Shown here: piece after piece, positions 7,077 through 15,189 of the stretch
How the letters are laid out: every line of letters starts with the position of its first letter
Position numbering within the stretch: the first letter of the stretch is position 1
From: a virus
Length of the DNA: 33,290 nucleotides
Direction: 5' to 3' (one strand)
IMG/VR virus record: IMGVR_UViG_3300045988_070243
The notes under the pieces: generated by a model
The model's database searches: none
Seen by the model: only the letters and a program-made list of their open reading frames with translations
What the model was told of the DNA's origin: nothing
Program-made: the position numbers and the translations under genes

Positions 7077-9512
7077 ATGGATTTACGAAAAATGGTTTTT
7101 AAAATTGCTACAGCAAGCAGCGCAAAATCTACTTCATGGAAAAACCGCTCTTACTCATGGGACGAGTTGACCGAGAAGCTGGCAAGGGCAAAGGTTACGG
7201 ATGAGACGTACCGGGAGTTTATAAGCGCGAGCAAAGCCGAGCAGGGTAATATTAAAGACGTAGGCGCATTCATGGGCGGCGAGTTATTAGGCAGCCGTAG
7301 AAACAAAAACAATGTCGGGGAACGCTCTATTTTGGCGCTCGATATTGACTACGGCGAAAAGAACTTCCCCGAGGCATTCTACTCGGTTATTAATTGCGCA
7401 TGTATCATTCACGGGACGCACAAGCATAACCCGAAGGCAAATACACTTCGATACCGTGTTATCATTCCGTTGTCCGAACCAGTGGACGGGGAACAATACG
7501 AGGCTATTGCCCGAAAGGTTGCGGAGTTAACGGGTATCGACTTGTATGACAGAACGACGTTTCAACCCGAGCGCTGCATGTTTTTCCCGTCGGTTTCCCG
7601 GGATGTAGACTATGAGTTTACAGATTATTCAGCGTTTAACGAAAACCCTTTGGACGTGCAAAAGTATCTGGGCATGTACGACGATTGGAGAGATACTACC
7701 GAATGGGCATACCACAAGGACGAGAAGGGCGAAGCCCGGACGCTTGCTAAAGAACAGCAAGACCCCACACTAAAGGAGGGCATTGTAGGAGACTTTTGCC
7801 GGGCATACACGATTAGCGAGGTTATCGCGGAATACCTATCGGACGTTTACGAGCCTACCGAGCAGGAGGATAGATGGACGTATACGGGAGGGTCAACTTC
7901 GGGCGGCATGATTACCTTCAATGATATGTTTGCCTATTCATTCCATAACAACGACCCGATACAAGGCAACCACGTGTTTAACGCCTACGACCTTGTGCGT
8001 GTACACAAGTTCGGTAAGCTGGATAAGGGCACGGATAGGAAGAACTCCACCGAGGCTATGAACGAACTGGTAAACAAGGACGCGAAGGTAGCCGCGGCAC
8101 GTGCCCGAATGTTGGCGGTTAAGGCTGGCGAAATAATGGACGATTTCGACGATGTAATAGAAGTAGAGGAAGCGACAGACGCCGACGTGGCGACAACGTA
8201 TGAGGACGCTATGGCGAAGTTGGAAACCGATAAGCGCGGCGCTTACCTACCATCCGCGAAGAATTTGGGCCTAATCATGAAGTATGACCCGAATTTAAAG
8301 GGGCTTATCGCTCGCGACCTATTTAAAGAACGCCGGGTTGTTACTCGTGTCCCCCTATGGCGCGCAAAGGATAGTTCTTTGGACTTCCAGGATGTGGACT
8401 ACTCGGGAGTACGTAAACACATCGAAGACGTTTACGGCATATCGAATAGCGCAAAGATTGACGATGCTATAGCACTATCCGCGGAAATGAATTCATTCCA
8501 CCCCGTGCAGGAATACCTAACCAAATTGAAATGGGACGGTATCGAAAGAGTTGATAGGGCTTTAATTCACATCATGGGAGCGGAAGATAACATATACACC
8601 CGAGAGGCATTCCGTATCATGATGGTGGGCGCGGTTAAGCGTATATTCCAAAAGGGCTGCAAGTTCGACAGCATGTTAGTGTTACAGTCCGAGCAGGGCG
8701 CAGGAAAAAGCACATTCATCCGAAAGCTGGGTAAACACTGGTTCTCTGATAGCCTTTCAAGCATGGACGGTAAGGGCGCGTTTGAACAATTGCAGGGTAA
8801 CTGGATATTGGAGGTTGCCGAGTTGTCAGCAATGAGACGTTCAGAAGTTGAGGGCGTTAAAAATTTCATCTCCAAAACAGAGGACAGCTACAGACCAGCA
8901 TACGGGCGTGTCACTAAGAACTTTCCCAGGCAGTGTATCTTTATAGGTACGACGAACAGGGACGAATTTCTAAAGGACGATACGGGTGGCAGGCGCTTTT
9001 TGCCCGTGAAGGTCAAGGCAAACGCTAATACGCACCTTATCTTTGAGAAGAGTTTCGACGATTACGTAGACCAGCTATGGGCTGAAGCCGTGCAGATGTA
9101 TTTCTGCAAAGTAAGTACATTGCTATCTCGTGAAGCCGAGGAAATCGCCGAGAAAGGACGGGAAGAGCATTTCGAGGCAGACCCCCGTACCGCATCAGTA
9201 GAGGCGTATTTGAATATGCGCGTGCCTACAGACTGGAGACGAATGTTTGTGAACGAAAGGCGCATGTACTTTAGAGAGTACGACGCATCAAAGATAGACC
9301 CGGAAGATTTTACACTGGAAAAGATGGACTTCGTATCTATTATGCAAATAGCTACAGATGTGTTCGAGATGGAAGTAGGGCGCGTAACAACTAAGGAGAG
9401 CCGCGAGATAGCCGCTATCATGTCTAAGGTACAAGGGTGGCAACGCGCAGCGAATGGCAAAACCGTCGCAGGTATCGGACGCGTACGAGGGTTTGAGCGT
9501 ATTGTTAATTAG
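7077..9512 (+). CDS. Primase-polymerase / VirE (P4-D5 type) helicase fusion
   Basis: N-terminal prim-pol-like acidic motif ILALDIDYG plus HGTHKH. C-terminal P-loop LVLQSEQGAGKSTFIRKLG with Walker B-like ILEVAEL. Size and position match VirE-family replicative primase-helicases in DUF2800/DUF2815 modules. Confidence 0.8.
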   Translation: MDLRKMVFKIATASSAKSTSWKNRSYSWDELTEKLARAKVTDETYREFISASKAEQGNIKDVGAFMGGELLGSRRNKNNVGERSILALDIDYGEKNFPEAFYSVINCACIIHGTHKHNPKANTLRYRVIIPLSEPVDGEQYEAIARKVAELTGIDLYDRTTFQPERCMFFPSVSRDVDYEFTDYSAFNENPLDVQKYLGMYDDWRDTTEWAYHKDEKGEARTLAKEQQDPTLKEGIVGDFCRAYTISEVIAEYLSDVYEPTEQEDRWTYTGGSTSGGMITFNDMFAYSFHNNDPIQGNHVFNAYDLVRVHKFGKLDKGTDRKNSTEAMNELVNKDAKVAAARARMLAVKAGEIMDDFDDVIEVEEATDADVATTYEDAMAKLETDKRGAYLPSAKNLGLIMKYDPNLKGLIARDLFKERRVVTRVPLWRAKDSSLDFQDVDYSGVRKHIEDVYGISNSAKIDDAIALSAEMNSFHPVQEYLTKLKWDGIERVDRALIHIMGAEDNIYTREAFRIMMVGAVKRIFQKGCKFDSMLVLQSEQGAGKSTFIRKLGKHWFSDSLSSMDGKGAFEQLQGNWILEVAELSAMRRSEVEGVKNFISKTEDSYRPAYGRVTKNFPRQCIFIGTTNRDEFLKDDTGGRRFLPVKVKANANTHLIFEKSFDDYVDQLWAEAVQMYFCKVSTLLSREAEEIAEKGREEHFEADPRTASVEAYLNMRVPTDWRRMFVNERRMYFREYDASKIDPEDFTLEKMDFVSIMQIATDVFEMEVGRVTTKESREIAAIMSKVQGWQRAANGKTVAGIGRVRGFERIVN

Positions 9513-9597
9513 TGATAACAGAGAGGGGGTGTAAAAGCCCCCAAATGTTAACCAACTGTTAACAGAATAACTAAATGAAATTTATTTCTTAAATGGC

Positions 9598-9673
9598 GTT
9601 AACAGAATATACAACCTATCGTTATTTGCCGTATGTTTGTAATGTCAAAAGGAAATAATAACAATTTAAAAAC
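9598..9673 (+). promoter_or_regulatory. Early promoter cassette copy 4 (variant): GTTAACAGAATA - ACAACCTATCG - TATGTTTG (9632..9639) - AATGTCAAAAGGAAA - CAATTTAAAAAC
   Basis: About 55 nt closely similar to 33064..33110. Exact TAnnTTTG box. GTTAACAGAATA also occurs at 9558..9569. Confidence 0.5.
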
Positions 9674-9675
9674 AA

Positions 9676-10092
9676 ATGATTATGAAAAAGTTAGTAGTAT
9701 TAGCAGTGTTAATTCTTACAAGTGTATCAATGTTTTCACAGATTACAAGTCAAGGTAAGCCCTATGTATTAAAGTCCTTCCGCATGGGCGTTTGCAAATT
9801 GGTTGATACCAATGGGGAAATAACCATCGAGGCGATAACGCGCGAGACCGAAAGGTATATTATGAAAGTCTATTTAGGTACACCCGAGGAAGCCGCCGTA
9901 ACGCTTGCAAGCCTTGCAGAATACAAGCCCGGTAAGGGCGAGACGGTCAACCTAAACAACCCGAGCAACAACGAAGCGTATTTCCAAAAGCTTACTGGCT
10001 CCTGGATAATCACGGAGAAGTTAACGGAGGTTTTCAGTATCGCCCTGAGCCGTGGGGAGCTTAGGAAAATGGTCGAAGCATTGGAAAATTAA
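9676..10092 (+). CDS. Secreted/exported hypothetical protein (N-terminal signal peptide)
   Basis: MIMKKLVVLAVLILTSVSMFSQ has a basic n-region, a hydrophobic core and a small-residue cleavage region. There is no lipobox Cys. Confidence 0.65.
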   Translation: MIMKKLVVLAVLILTSVSMFSQITSQGKPYVLKSFRMGVCKLVDTNGEITIEAITRETERYIMKVYLGTPEEAAVTLASLAEYKPGKGETVNLNNPSNNEAYFQKLTGSWIITEKLTEVFSIALSRGELRKMVEALEN

Positions 10093-10131
10093 AGAAGTGT
10101 TTTTGTATATACAATTTTAAAAAGAAAAATT

Positions 10132-10332
10132 ATGAAAAGTGGAAATTTTATTGAACTAGCGTTCGTAGTTAAGGGTGAATTGCAAGTAGAGTTTATTAAC
10201 GTTGAACACGTATCGCGCATTATGTACGTAGATGGCAAACCGTTTATCGGTATGCTGGGGCAGACCTACACGCGCCAACTTACAGAAACGAGCATGCAGG
10301 AGCTAATGAACGTTATTAACCTGGAGGACTAA
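10132..10332 (+). CDS. Hypothetical small acidic protein (66 aa)
   Basis: ORF preceded by ACAATTTTAAAAAG leader motif 8 nt upstream of the ATG. Confidence 0.55.
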   Translation: MKSGNFIELAFVVKGELQVEFINVEHVSRIMYVDGKPFIGMLGQTYTRQLTETSMQELMNVINLED

Positions 10333-10339
10333 AAAAGCA

Positions 10340-10498
10340 ATGGTACATATATTAAAAGTAAGAATAATTATAGATAACGAGCCGCCAAGAACGGTGAACC
10401 CTACGGAACAAGTATTCGCTGCCGTGGAGGCCGCAAGAGAGTTTTTTAAATCAGAGTATAAAACAGAAAAAGTGATAATGTATTATGAACAACGTTAG
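10340..10498 (+). CDS. Hypothetical small protein (52 aa, below the ORF-track cutoff)
   Basis: ATG 10340 to TAG 10496..10498 (MVHILKVRIIIDNEPPRTVNPTEQVFAAVEAAREFFKSEYKTEKVIMYYEQR) fills an otherwise empty gap and overlaps the next start by 14 nt. Confidence 0.4.
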   Translation: MVHILKVRIIIDNEPPRTVNPTEQVFAAVEAAREFFKSEYKTEKVIMYYEQR

Positions 10499-11234
10499 AG
10501 ATTACAATATCGGCAAGTCCGATTATGCTAAACATAAGATACAACCGTGGGACATTTGGAAAGAGTATAACCTTAACCCCTGGGACGCGGATATAGTGAA
10601 GCGCGTATTGCGTACCAAAGAGGGCGAGGATAGAAAACTGGACTATGAAAAGATTATCCACATTTGCAAATATCGCATTGCGGAGCTATCTAAGGAAGTT
10701 TCAAAGGAAACCAAGGTAGTTGCACCAGCCGAGGCAGAAAAGCCCGTAGAGGACGAGGAAAGCGATGATACAACGGTGTTCTGCTTGGACGAGACAAAGA
10801 AGCCAGCAACGTTCTATATTGAGGGAACGAAGTGGAACGGTAAGTATGTCGGTTACTCGGTGTTCATGACTGGTAACACCCCCTATATGTATTTGGGTGT
10901 CGACGCAGAGGGATGCCACTTGTACGTAGACCTTTCCAAGTCCGAACAATGGGTTTACACCCCGGAAAGGCACCTGCCGCCAAAAACGTTCAAACTAAAG
11001 TATACCAACCTTTTTGGCAATCACAGAAGCTCGCTAAAGATAGGGTTCACAGGTATGTACTACGAGAAGCACGACTATATAATAGTAGGGAAGGGCGTAC
11101 TACTCCGTTACTTTGGGATGAGAGGAAACAAGTTTGTCTACCGTAATATGTCGGCAAAGCGTGCAGATGGAACGTACCGGGAGGTCTTATGCGATTATAA
11201 GTTAGAAAACAAAGGAATTCAATTCGCGCTATGA
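10485..11234 (+). CDS. DUF3310-like N-terminal domain fused to an unknown ~170-aa C-terminal region
   Basis: N-terminus YNIGKSDYAKHKIQPWDIWKEYNLNPWDADIVKRVLRTKEG resembles the DUF3310 pattern (I-x-P-x-D..W......N.iKY..R). The remainder is unassigned. Confidence 0.5.
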   Translation: MNNVRDYNIGKSDYAKHKIQPWDIWKEYNLNPWDADIVKRVLRTKEGEDRKLDYEKIIHICKYRIAELSKEVSKETKVVAPAEAEKPVEDEESDDTTVFCLDETKKPATFYIEGTKWNGKYVGYSVFMTGNTPYMYLGVDAEGCHLYVDLSKSEQWVYTPERHLPPKTFKLKYTNLFGNHRSSLKIGFTGMYYEKHDYIIVGKGVLLRYFGMRGNKFVYRNMSAKRADGTYREVLCDYKLENKGIQFAL

Positions 11235-11416
11235 TAAGCAGGCAAGAATACGCGTACGGTATCGGAGATGAAATAGTACATAACGGAGAGGTTTTAAAGT
11301 ATAGGGGCTATTATAACGGGCACATCTATACAACTACAGTAGACCACGAATCGGGGGAATTTGCCGAGACAGTGGTATTTGAAAACAAATTGAGAAATGA
11401 AGGAAATAATAAGTGA
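11231..11416 (+). CDS. Hypothetical protein (61 aa)
   Basis: ATGA overlap with the upstream stop. ORF fills the interval up to the VRR-NUC gene. Confidence 0.5.
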   Translation: MISRQEYAYGIGDEIVHNGEVLKYRGYYNGHIYTTTVDHESGEFAETVVFENKLRNEGNNK

Positions 11417-11735
11417 AAAAGATTTAGAGCGTACATTCTCCGAGAAGCTTAACCGAACAAAAAAAGTGTGGGTAATAAAACTATTATCCACCTTTATAAA
11501 AGGTTTGCCGGATAGAATGATACTTTGCCAGGGCGGGTATGTAGGCTTCGCCGAGATAAAGACCACGGGTAAGAAACCAACCAAGATACAACTACTGATA
11601 CACAGCAAGTTGGAGGCTTTAGGCTTCAAAGTATTTATTATCGACGACTTGGAAAGCAGGGACGCAGCAATAAGTTTCTTCTTAAGAAATGTTAAGGAAA
11701 TAAACAGCGTACCGGGAAAAGGGTTATCCTTGTAG
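11397..11735 (+). CDS. VRR-NUC domain nuclease (PD-(D/E)XK)
   Basis: GLPDRMILCQGGYVGFAEIKTTGKKPTKIQ gives the D...E-x-K...Q arrangement of VRR-NUC. Small size and position next to the SNF2 helicase are typical of this replication module. Confidence 0.7.
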   Translation: MKEIISEKDLERTFSEKLNRTKKVWVIKLLSTFIKGLPDRMILCQGGYVGFAEIKTTGKKPTKIQLLIHSKLEALGFKVFIIDDLESRDAAISFFLRNVKEINSVPGKGLSL

Positions 11736-11758
11736 CATCAAATTAAAAAACAGAAATC

Positions 11759-12001
11759 GTGAAAAAGAGAAGTTTAAAAGAAGAAATCGAATACCGTTTA
11801 GGTATGTACTTTGGTATTAAGTCGGGCGCGCTGTATGTCCGTGATGATAAGTTCGGTAACACCGAGGAAATTCTAAAGCAGCTCCAGCAGGATATTACCC
11901 GTGATGTTAATTTCCTCTCGCGTAAAACACTGGGGTACGTATCGGATGAGCAGGATTTCAAAAGCATTTGTGTATTCTATAAAACAAAATTAATGGAGTA
12001 A
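11759..12001 (+). CDS. Hypothetical protein (80 aa, GTG start)
   Basis: GTG lies 9 nt after the CAAATTAAAAAACAG leader motif. Ends at TAATAA. Confidence 0.5.
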   Translation: MKKRSLKEEIEYRLGMYFGIKSGALYVRDDKFGNTEEILKQLQQDITRDVNFLSRKTLGYVSDEQDFKSICVFYKTKLME

Positions 12002-12008
12002 TAAAGCT

Positions 12009-12185
12009 ATGGTAAACTATGTCGATTTAAAGTTAAAGTGTATCGCAGGACACACCGAAATAGTAATCAACGGGCAGCGCATCAAGTGCACGGCCGATTA
12101 CGACAGAGTATTAGGACACGTAACGCCTGCAGCTCTCCGTGAGTTCAGCACCCAGTTATCAATGATAAAATCAATGTTATGTTAG
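12009..12185 (+). CDS. Hypothetical small protein (58 aa, below the ORF-track cutoff)
   Basis: ATG 12009 to TAG 12183..12185 (MVNYVDLKLKCIAGHTEIVINGQRIKCTADYDRVLGHVTPAALREFSTQLSMIKSMLC) fills the gap and overlaps the SNF2 start by 7 nt. Confidence 0.45.
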   Translation: MVNYVDLKLKCIAGHTEIVINGQRIKCTADYDRVLGHVTPAALREFSTQLSMIKSMLC

Positions 12186-13567
12186 AAAGAAAGCAATTAC
12201 ATGATTATCAAAAGAGAGCTGTAGCTCATATCATAGACCATGAGTTTTGCGCGTTGTTCCTTGATATGGGCTTGGGGAAAACAGTAACAACCCTAACCGC
12301 CATCAAAGACCTTTTGGACAATTGCATAATATCTAATTGCCTGGTAATTGCCCCGAAGAAGGTAACGCAGGTTACATGGAGCGATGAGATTAAAGCATGG
12401 GCACACCTTAAGGACTTGACGATTTCCGTTATCGACGGTACAGTTAAACAACGCCGGGAAGCCTACGAGAAGAAAGCGGACATATACGCAATTAGCCGTG
12501 ATAACATTGTTTGGCTCGTAATGGAGTACGGGGGTATAAAACTACCCTATGATATGATTGTTATCGACGAGCTTAGCAGTTTTAAGAACCACGACTCAAA
12601 GCGTTTTAAAGCCCTTAGAAAGGTGCGGAAGTTCATACCCCGGGTAGTAGGGTTGACGGGTACGCCATCGCCAAACGGACTGATAGACCTATTCGCTCAA
12701 ATGTATTTGATAGACCAAGGGCAAAGGCTCGGTAAATCAATCACAGCGTACAGGGATAGGTTTTTCAGACCCGATAAACGGAACGGTGATATAGTGTACA
12801 GTTATGCGCTGAAAAGCCCACAGGAGGAAACAGAGCGGCAAATAAGCGACCTTATCAGTGACATAACCATATCAATGACAGCAGAGGACTATTTGAAGAT
12901 GCCCGACCGCATTAACATATACGACCGCGTGGAGCTGCCCCCTAAAGTGCTGGCACAATACAAGGAGTTTGAGAAGGAACAAGTATTGGGTCTTATTAAC
13001 TCGGACGAGCCGATAAGCGCGGCAAGTGCAGCAGCGTTGTCCAATAAGCTACAGCAATTTGCAAACGGCGCGATATATGATGCCGACCGAAAGGTTATCG
13101 AGTTGCACGACGAGAAGTTAGAGAAACTCGAGGAGCTGGTAGAGGCCGCGAACGGTTCGCCCGTATTGGTTGCCTACTCATACAAGCACGACCTCGACCG
13201 CATAATGAAGAAGCTAAAGGCTTATAAGCCCGTCAAGCTGGAGAAGCCCGAGCAGATAGCCGAGTGGAATGCCGGAAAGATTAAAGTGCTTGTAACGCAC
13301 CCGGCGAGCGCAGGACACGGGCTTAATCTACAAAAAGGTGGGCATACGCTTATATGGTTTGGCAATACATGGAGCTTGGAACTATACATGCAGTTCAACT
13401 CCCGGTTGTACCGCCAGGGGCAAACGTACCCCGTAACCGTTCATCACATCTTAACCACGGGAACGGTAGACGAGAAGATAATAAAAGCCCTGGATGGCAA
13501 GAAACAGACGCAAGACGGGCTTATGCAGAGTATTAAAGAACTTATGGAATTTTACAGTAAGAAATGA
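12179..13567 (+). CDS. SNF2/RAD54-family helicase (superfamily 2 ATPase)
   Basis: Motif I LDMGLGKT, motif II VIDELSSFKN, motif III GLTGTPSPNG, motif V ASAGHGLNLQ, motif VI NSRLYRQGQ. Confidence 0.9.
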   Translation: MLERKQLHDYQKRAVAHIIDHEFCALFLDMGLGKTVTTLTAIKDLLDNCIISNCLVIAPKKVTQVTWSDEIKAWAHLKDLTISVIDGTVKQRREAYEKKADIYAISRDNIVWLVMEYGGIKLPYDMIVIDELSSFKNHDSKRFKALRKVRKFIPRVVGLTGTPSPNGLIDLFAQMYLIDQGQRLGKSITAYRDRFFRPDKRNGDIVYSYALKSPQEETERQISDLISDITISMTAEDYLKMPDRINIYDRVELPPKVLAQYKEFEKEQVLGLINSDEPISAASAAALSNKLQQFANGAIYDADRKVIELHDEKLEKLEELVEAANGSPVLVAYSYKHDLDRIMKKLKAYKPVKLEKPEQIAEWNAGKIKVLVTHPASAGHGLNLQKGGHTLIWFGNTWSLELYMQFNSRLYRQGQTYPVTVHHILTTGTVDEKIIKALDGKKQTQDGLMQSIKELMEFYSKK

Positions 13568-13719
13568 AAAAGTTAATAGCAGTTATCGCAGTCCTACTCT
13601 TGCTGGTAGGCTGCACCGTAGTACAGAACGTGGCGGACAGCATACAGCGTAATTTCAAGCTACAGCAATTAGAGTACGGGCTATCGCTGAAAGATAGTTT
13701 AATGCTTAAATGGTGTTAA
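13564..13719 (+). CDS. Small lipoprotein (51 aa, below the ORF-track cutoff)
   Basis: MKKLIAVIAVLLLLVGC has a signal sequence plus lipobox L-V-G-C. ATGA overlap with the SNF2 stop. Ends at TAA 13717..13719 inside the GTTAAC of promoter cassette 5. Confidence 0.55.
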   Translation: MKKLIAVIAVLLLLVGCTVVQNVADSIQRNFKLQQLEYGLSLKDSLMLKWC

Positions 13720-13773
13720 CGAAAGAACCAACGTAACGGGAAAGCGTTACATTTGTATCAACGATTTAAAAAC
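13715..13773 (+). promoter_or_regulatory. Early promoter cassette copy 5: GTTAAC - GAACCAAC - TACATTTG (13748..13755) - CGATTTAAAAAC
   Basis: Block-for-block similar to copies 1 and 2. Lies 27 nt upstream of ATG 13782. Confidence 0.55.
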
Positions 13774-13781
13774 AGAAGATT

Positions 13782-14204
13782 ATGATTAGAAACAAAGATT
13801 TTGCGATGCTGTACGCAGGGCGTGGGGTATTCAGCAAGAACGGTGAGTTTGCAGGTGTGGTAGTCGGTTGGAACGACATGCACGGTGTGATAATGGGGGT
13901 TGACCACACGGACGGATGGCAGAACTGGGGCGCCAACGATATAGGCGTGTCCGAGGATGAGTTTCTGTCGTACGAATACCGCAACGCCGGGATGCTGGAG
14001 GAGCCGACCGGGATGCCGGTAGAGGAAGCCCCGAAGCATAAGACGATAGGCGAGCTTATCGAGGAGCACGAAGGCGTGCAAGGTATCCAATTCTCTACGG
14101 ACGAGCACGGCAATGTACAGGCCGCCTATATCCGGGGCAAGCACGGAGGTATGAAGCTCATGAGCATGGGAGACGGTTTGGAGAATGTATCATCAAAAAT
14201 TTAA
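13782..14204 (+). CDS. Hypothetical protein (140 aa)
   Basis: ORF directly downstream of promoter cassette 5. No domain recognised. Confidence 0.65.
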   Translation: MIRNKDFAMLYAGRGVFSKNGEFAGVVVGWNDMHGVIMGVDHTDGWQNWGANDIGVSEDEFLSYEYRNAGMLEEPTGMPVEEAPKHKTIGELIEEHEGVQGIQFSTDEHGNVQAAYIRGKHGGMKLMSMGDGLENVSSKI

Positions 14205-14209
14205 AAGGT

Positions 14210-14323
14210 ATGGAAGCATTAATGTGTTTATTTGGAATAGCAATCGGAGCAGGTTTGGTAACTGGCTTGTGGCTCGTAGCTAAATTCGTAGCCCGTAACA
14301 TCGATGGGGAGTACGACGAGTAA
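14210..14323 (+). CDS. Small single-pass membrane peptide (37 aa)
   Basis: ATG 14210 is preceded by AAAATTTAAAAGGT. MEALMCLFGIAIGAGLVTGLWLVAKFVARNIDGEYDE has one hydrophobic helix followed by a charged tail. Confidence 0.4.
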   Translation: MEALMCLFGIAIGAGLVTGLWLVAKFVARNIDGEYDE

Positions 14324-14642
14324 TGGAGTGTTTAACGAAAACAAGAATAAGAAAATGACTAAAGAACCAAAGCTTCCCCATAAGCTTAAATGGGGCGATA
14401 GGACGGCCGCAAGGGTCGACGAAGTGGAATACCTTATCGGTATTAGGGTAGTGGGCTACACGTGCATAGAAGACGTGATTATAGCAGAGGTGCACGAAAG
14501 TGTAGCAGACGAGGTGGGCGCGTGGAGCATGCCCGAAGACTTAAAGAACGTAAGCAATGGCGACGTGTTTATGAAGAAGCCGAGAGCCGGGGCATACTAC
14601 AAATATATAAAGATTAAAAGCATCGTGCATGAAGAAAGTTAG
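14304..14642 (+). CDS. Hypothetical protein (112 aa; alternative start ATG 14357)
   Basis: Open frame ending at TAG 14640..14642. The first ATG overlaps the TM peptide ORF by 20 nt. The internal ATG 14357 (MTKEPK) follows an A-rich leader. Confidence 0.55.
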   Translation: MGSTTSNGVFNENKNKKMTKEPKLPHKLKWGDRTAARVDEVEYLIGIRVVGYTCIEDVIIAEVHESVADEVGAWSMPEDLKNVSNGDVFMKKPRAGAYYKYIKIKSIVHEES

Positions 14643-15024
14643 TTTTATGGATTTGGCGGTATGCCTCAATTGCCATGTCTTCATTATATGGGAGTTCATA
14701 CGAAGGTACGGGTATACCGCCGGGGTAACGAAAGACAAGTACGGGCGCGGTTATGTAGAAGCCCAGCTTTGCAACGGGTGGGTTGATAAGCTGGCGAAGT
14801 ATGTAGCCGCCCAGGATTTCACCTATAAGCAACCAATCAATAAAAGGCAGTATCTTATCAGAGACGAGGCACGTCTCGCAGAGGAGAAAAGAAACGAGCA
14901 AGACATATCGAGAACCTACGGAATTGACCCGGACGGAAGGATAAAAAGGGTATCAACGTTCAAGAATGGGGCGGTTCAAACGTGGTATTGGTATAGGGAT
15001 TCACTCGGGTGGAAATTGACATAA
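14629..15024 (+). CDS. Hypothetical protein (131 aa), last gene of the early block
   Basis: ORF overlaps the upstream stop by 14 nt and is followed by a terminator. No domain recognised. Confidence 0.6.
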   Translation: MKKVSFMDLAVCLNCHVFIIWEFIRRYGYTAGVTKDKYGRGYVEAQLCNGWVDKLAKYVAAQDFTYKQPINKRQYLIRDEARLAEEKRNEQDISRTYGIDPDGRIKRVSTFKNGAVQTWYWYRDSLGWKLT

Positions 15025-15105
15025 TGAAAGCGGTTCGCCTATAGGAGTTAGCAGTATGATAGTGCCCTCTACGAAAGCCTATAGGCAAACCAAATGATAG
15101 CAATT

Positions 15106-15150
15106 AGCCCAGATCTGATTACAAAATGTCAGATTTGGGCTTTTGTTTAT
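15106..15150 (+). terminator. Rho-independent terminator closing the early block
   Basis: 13-bp stem AGCCCAGATCTGA (15106..15118) / TCAGATTTGGGCT (15129..15141, one G-U pair) followed by TTTGTTTAT. Confidence 0.75.
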
Positions 15151-15189
15151 AATTAGAAAAAGGAGGCTCTAAAATTAACATATTTTATG

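Noticed and set aside
15025-15105. Possible tRNA (GGTTCG at 15033..15038 resembles a T-arm start)
   Set aside because: I could not build a cloverleaf. There is no matching acceptor stem, D-arm or GTTCRANNC T-loop context. The region is better described by the two CCTATAGG palindromes. No other tRNA-like segment was seen in either noncoding junction.
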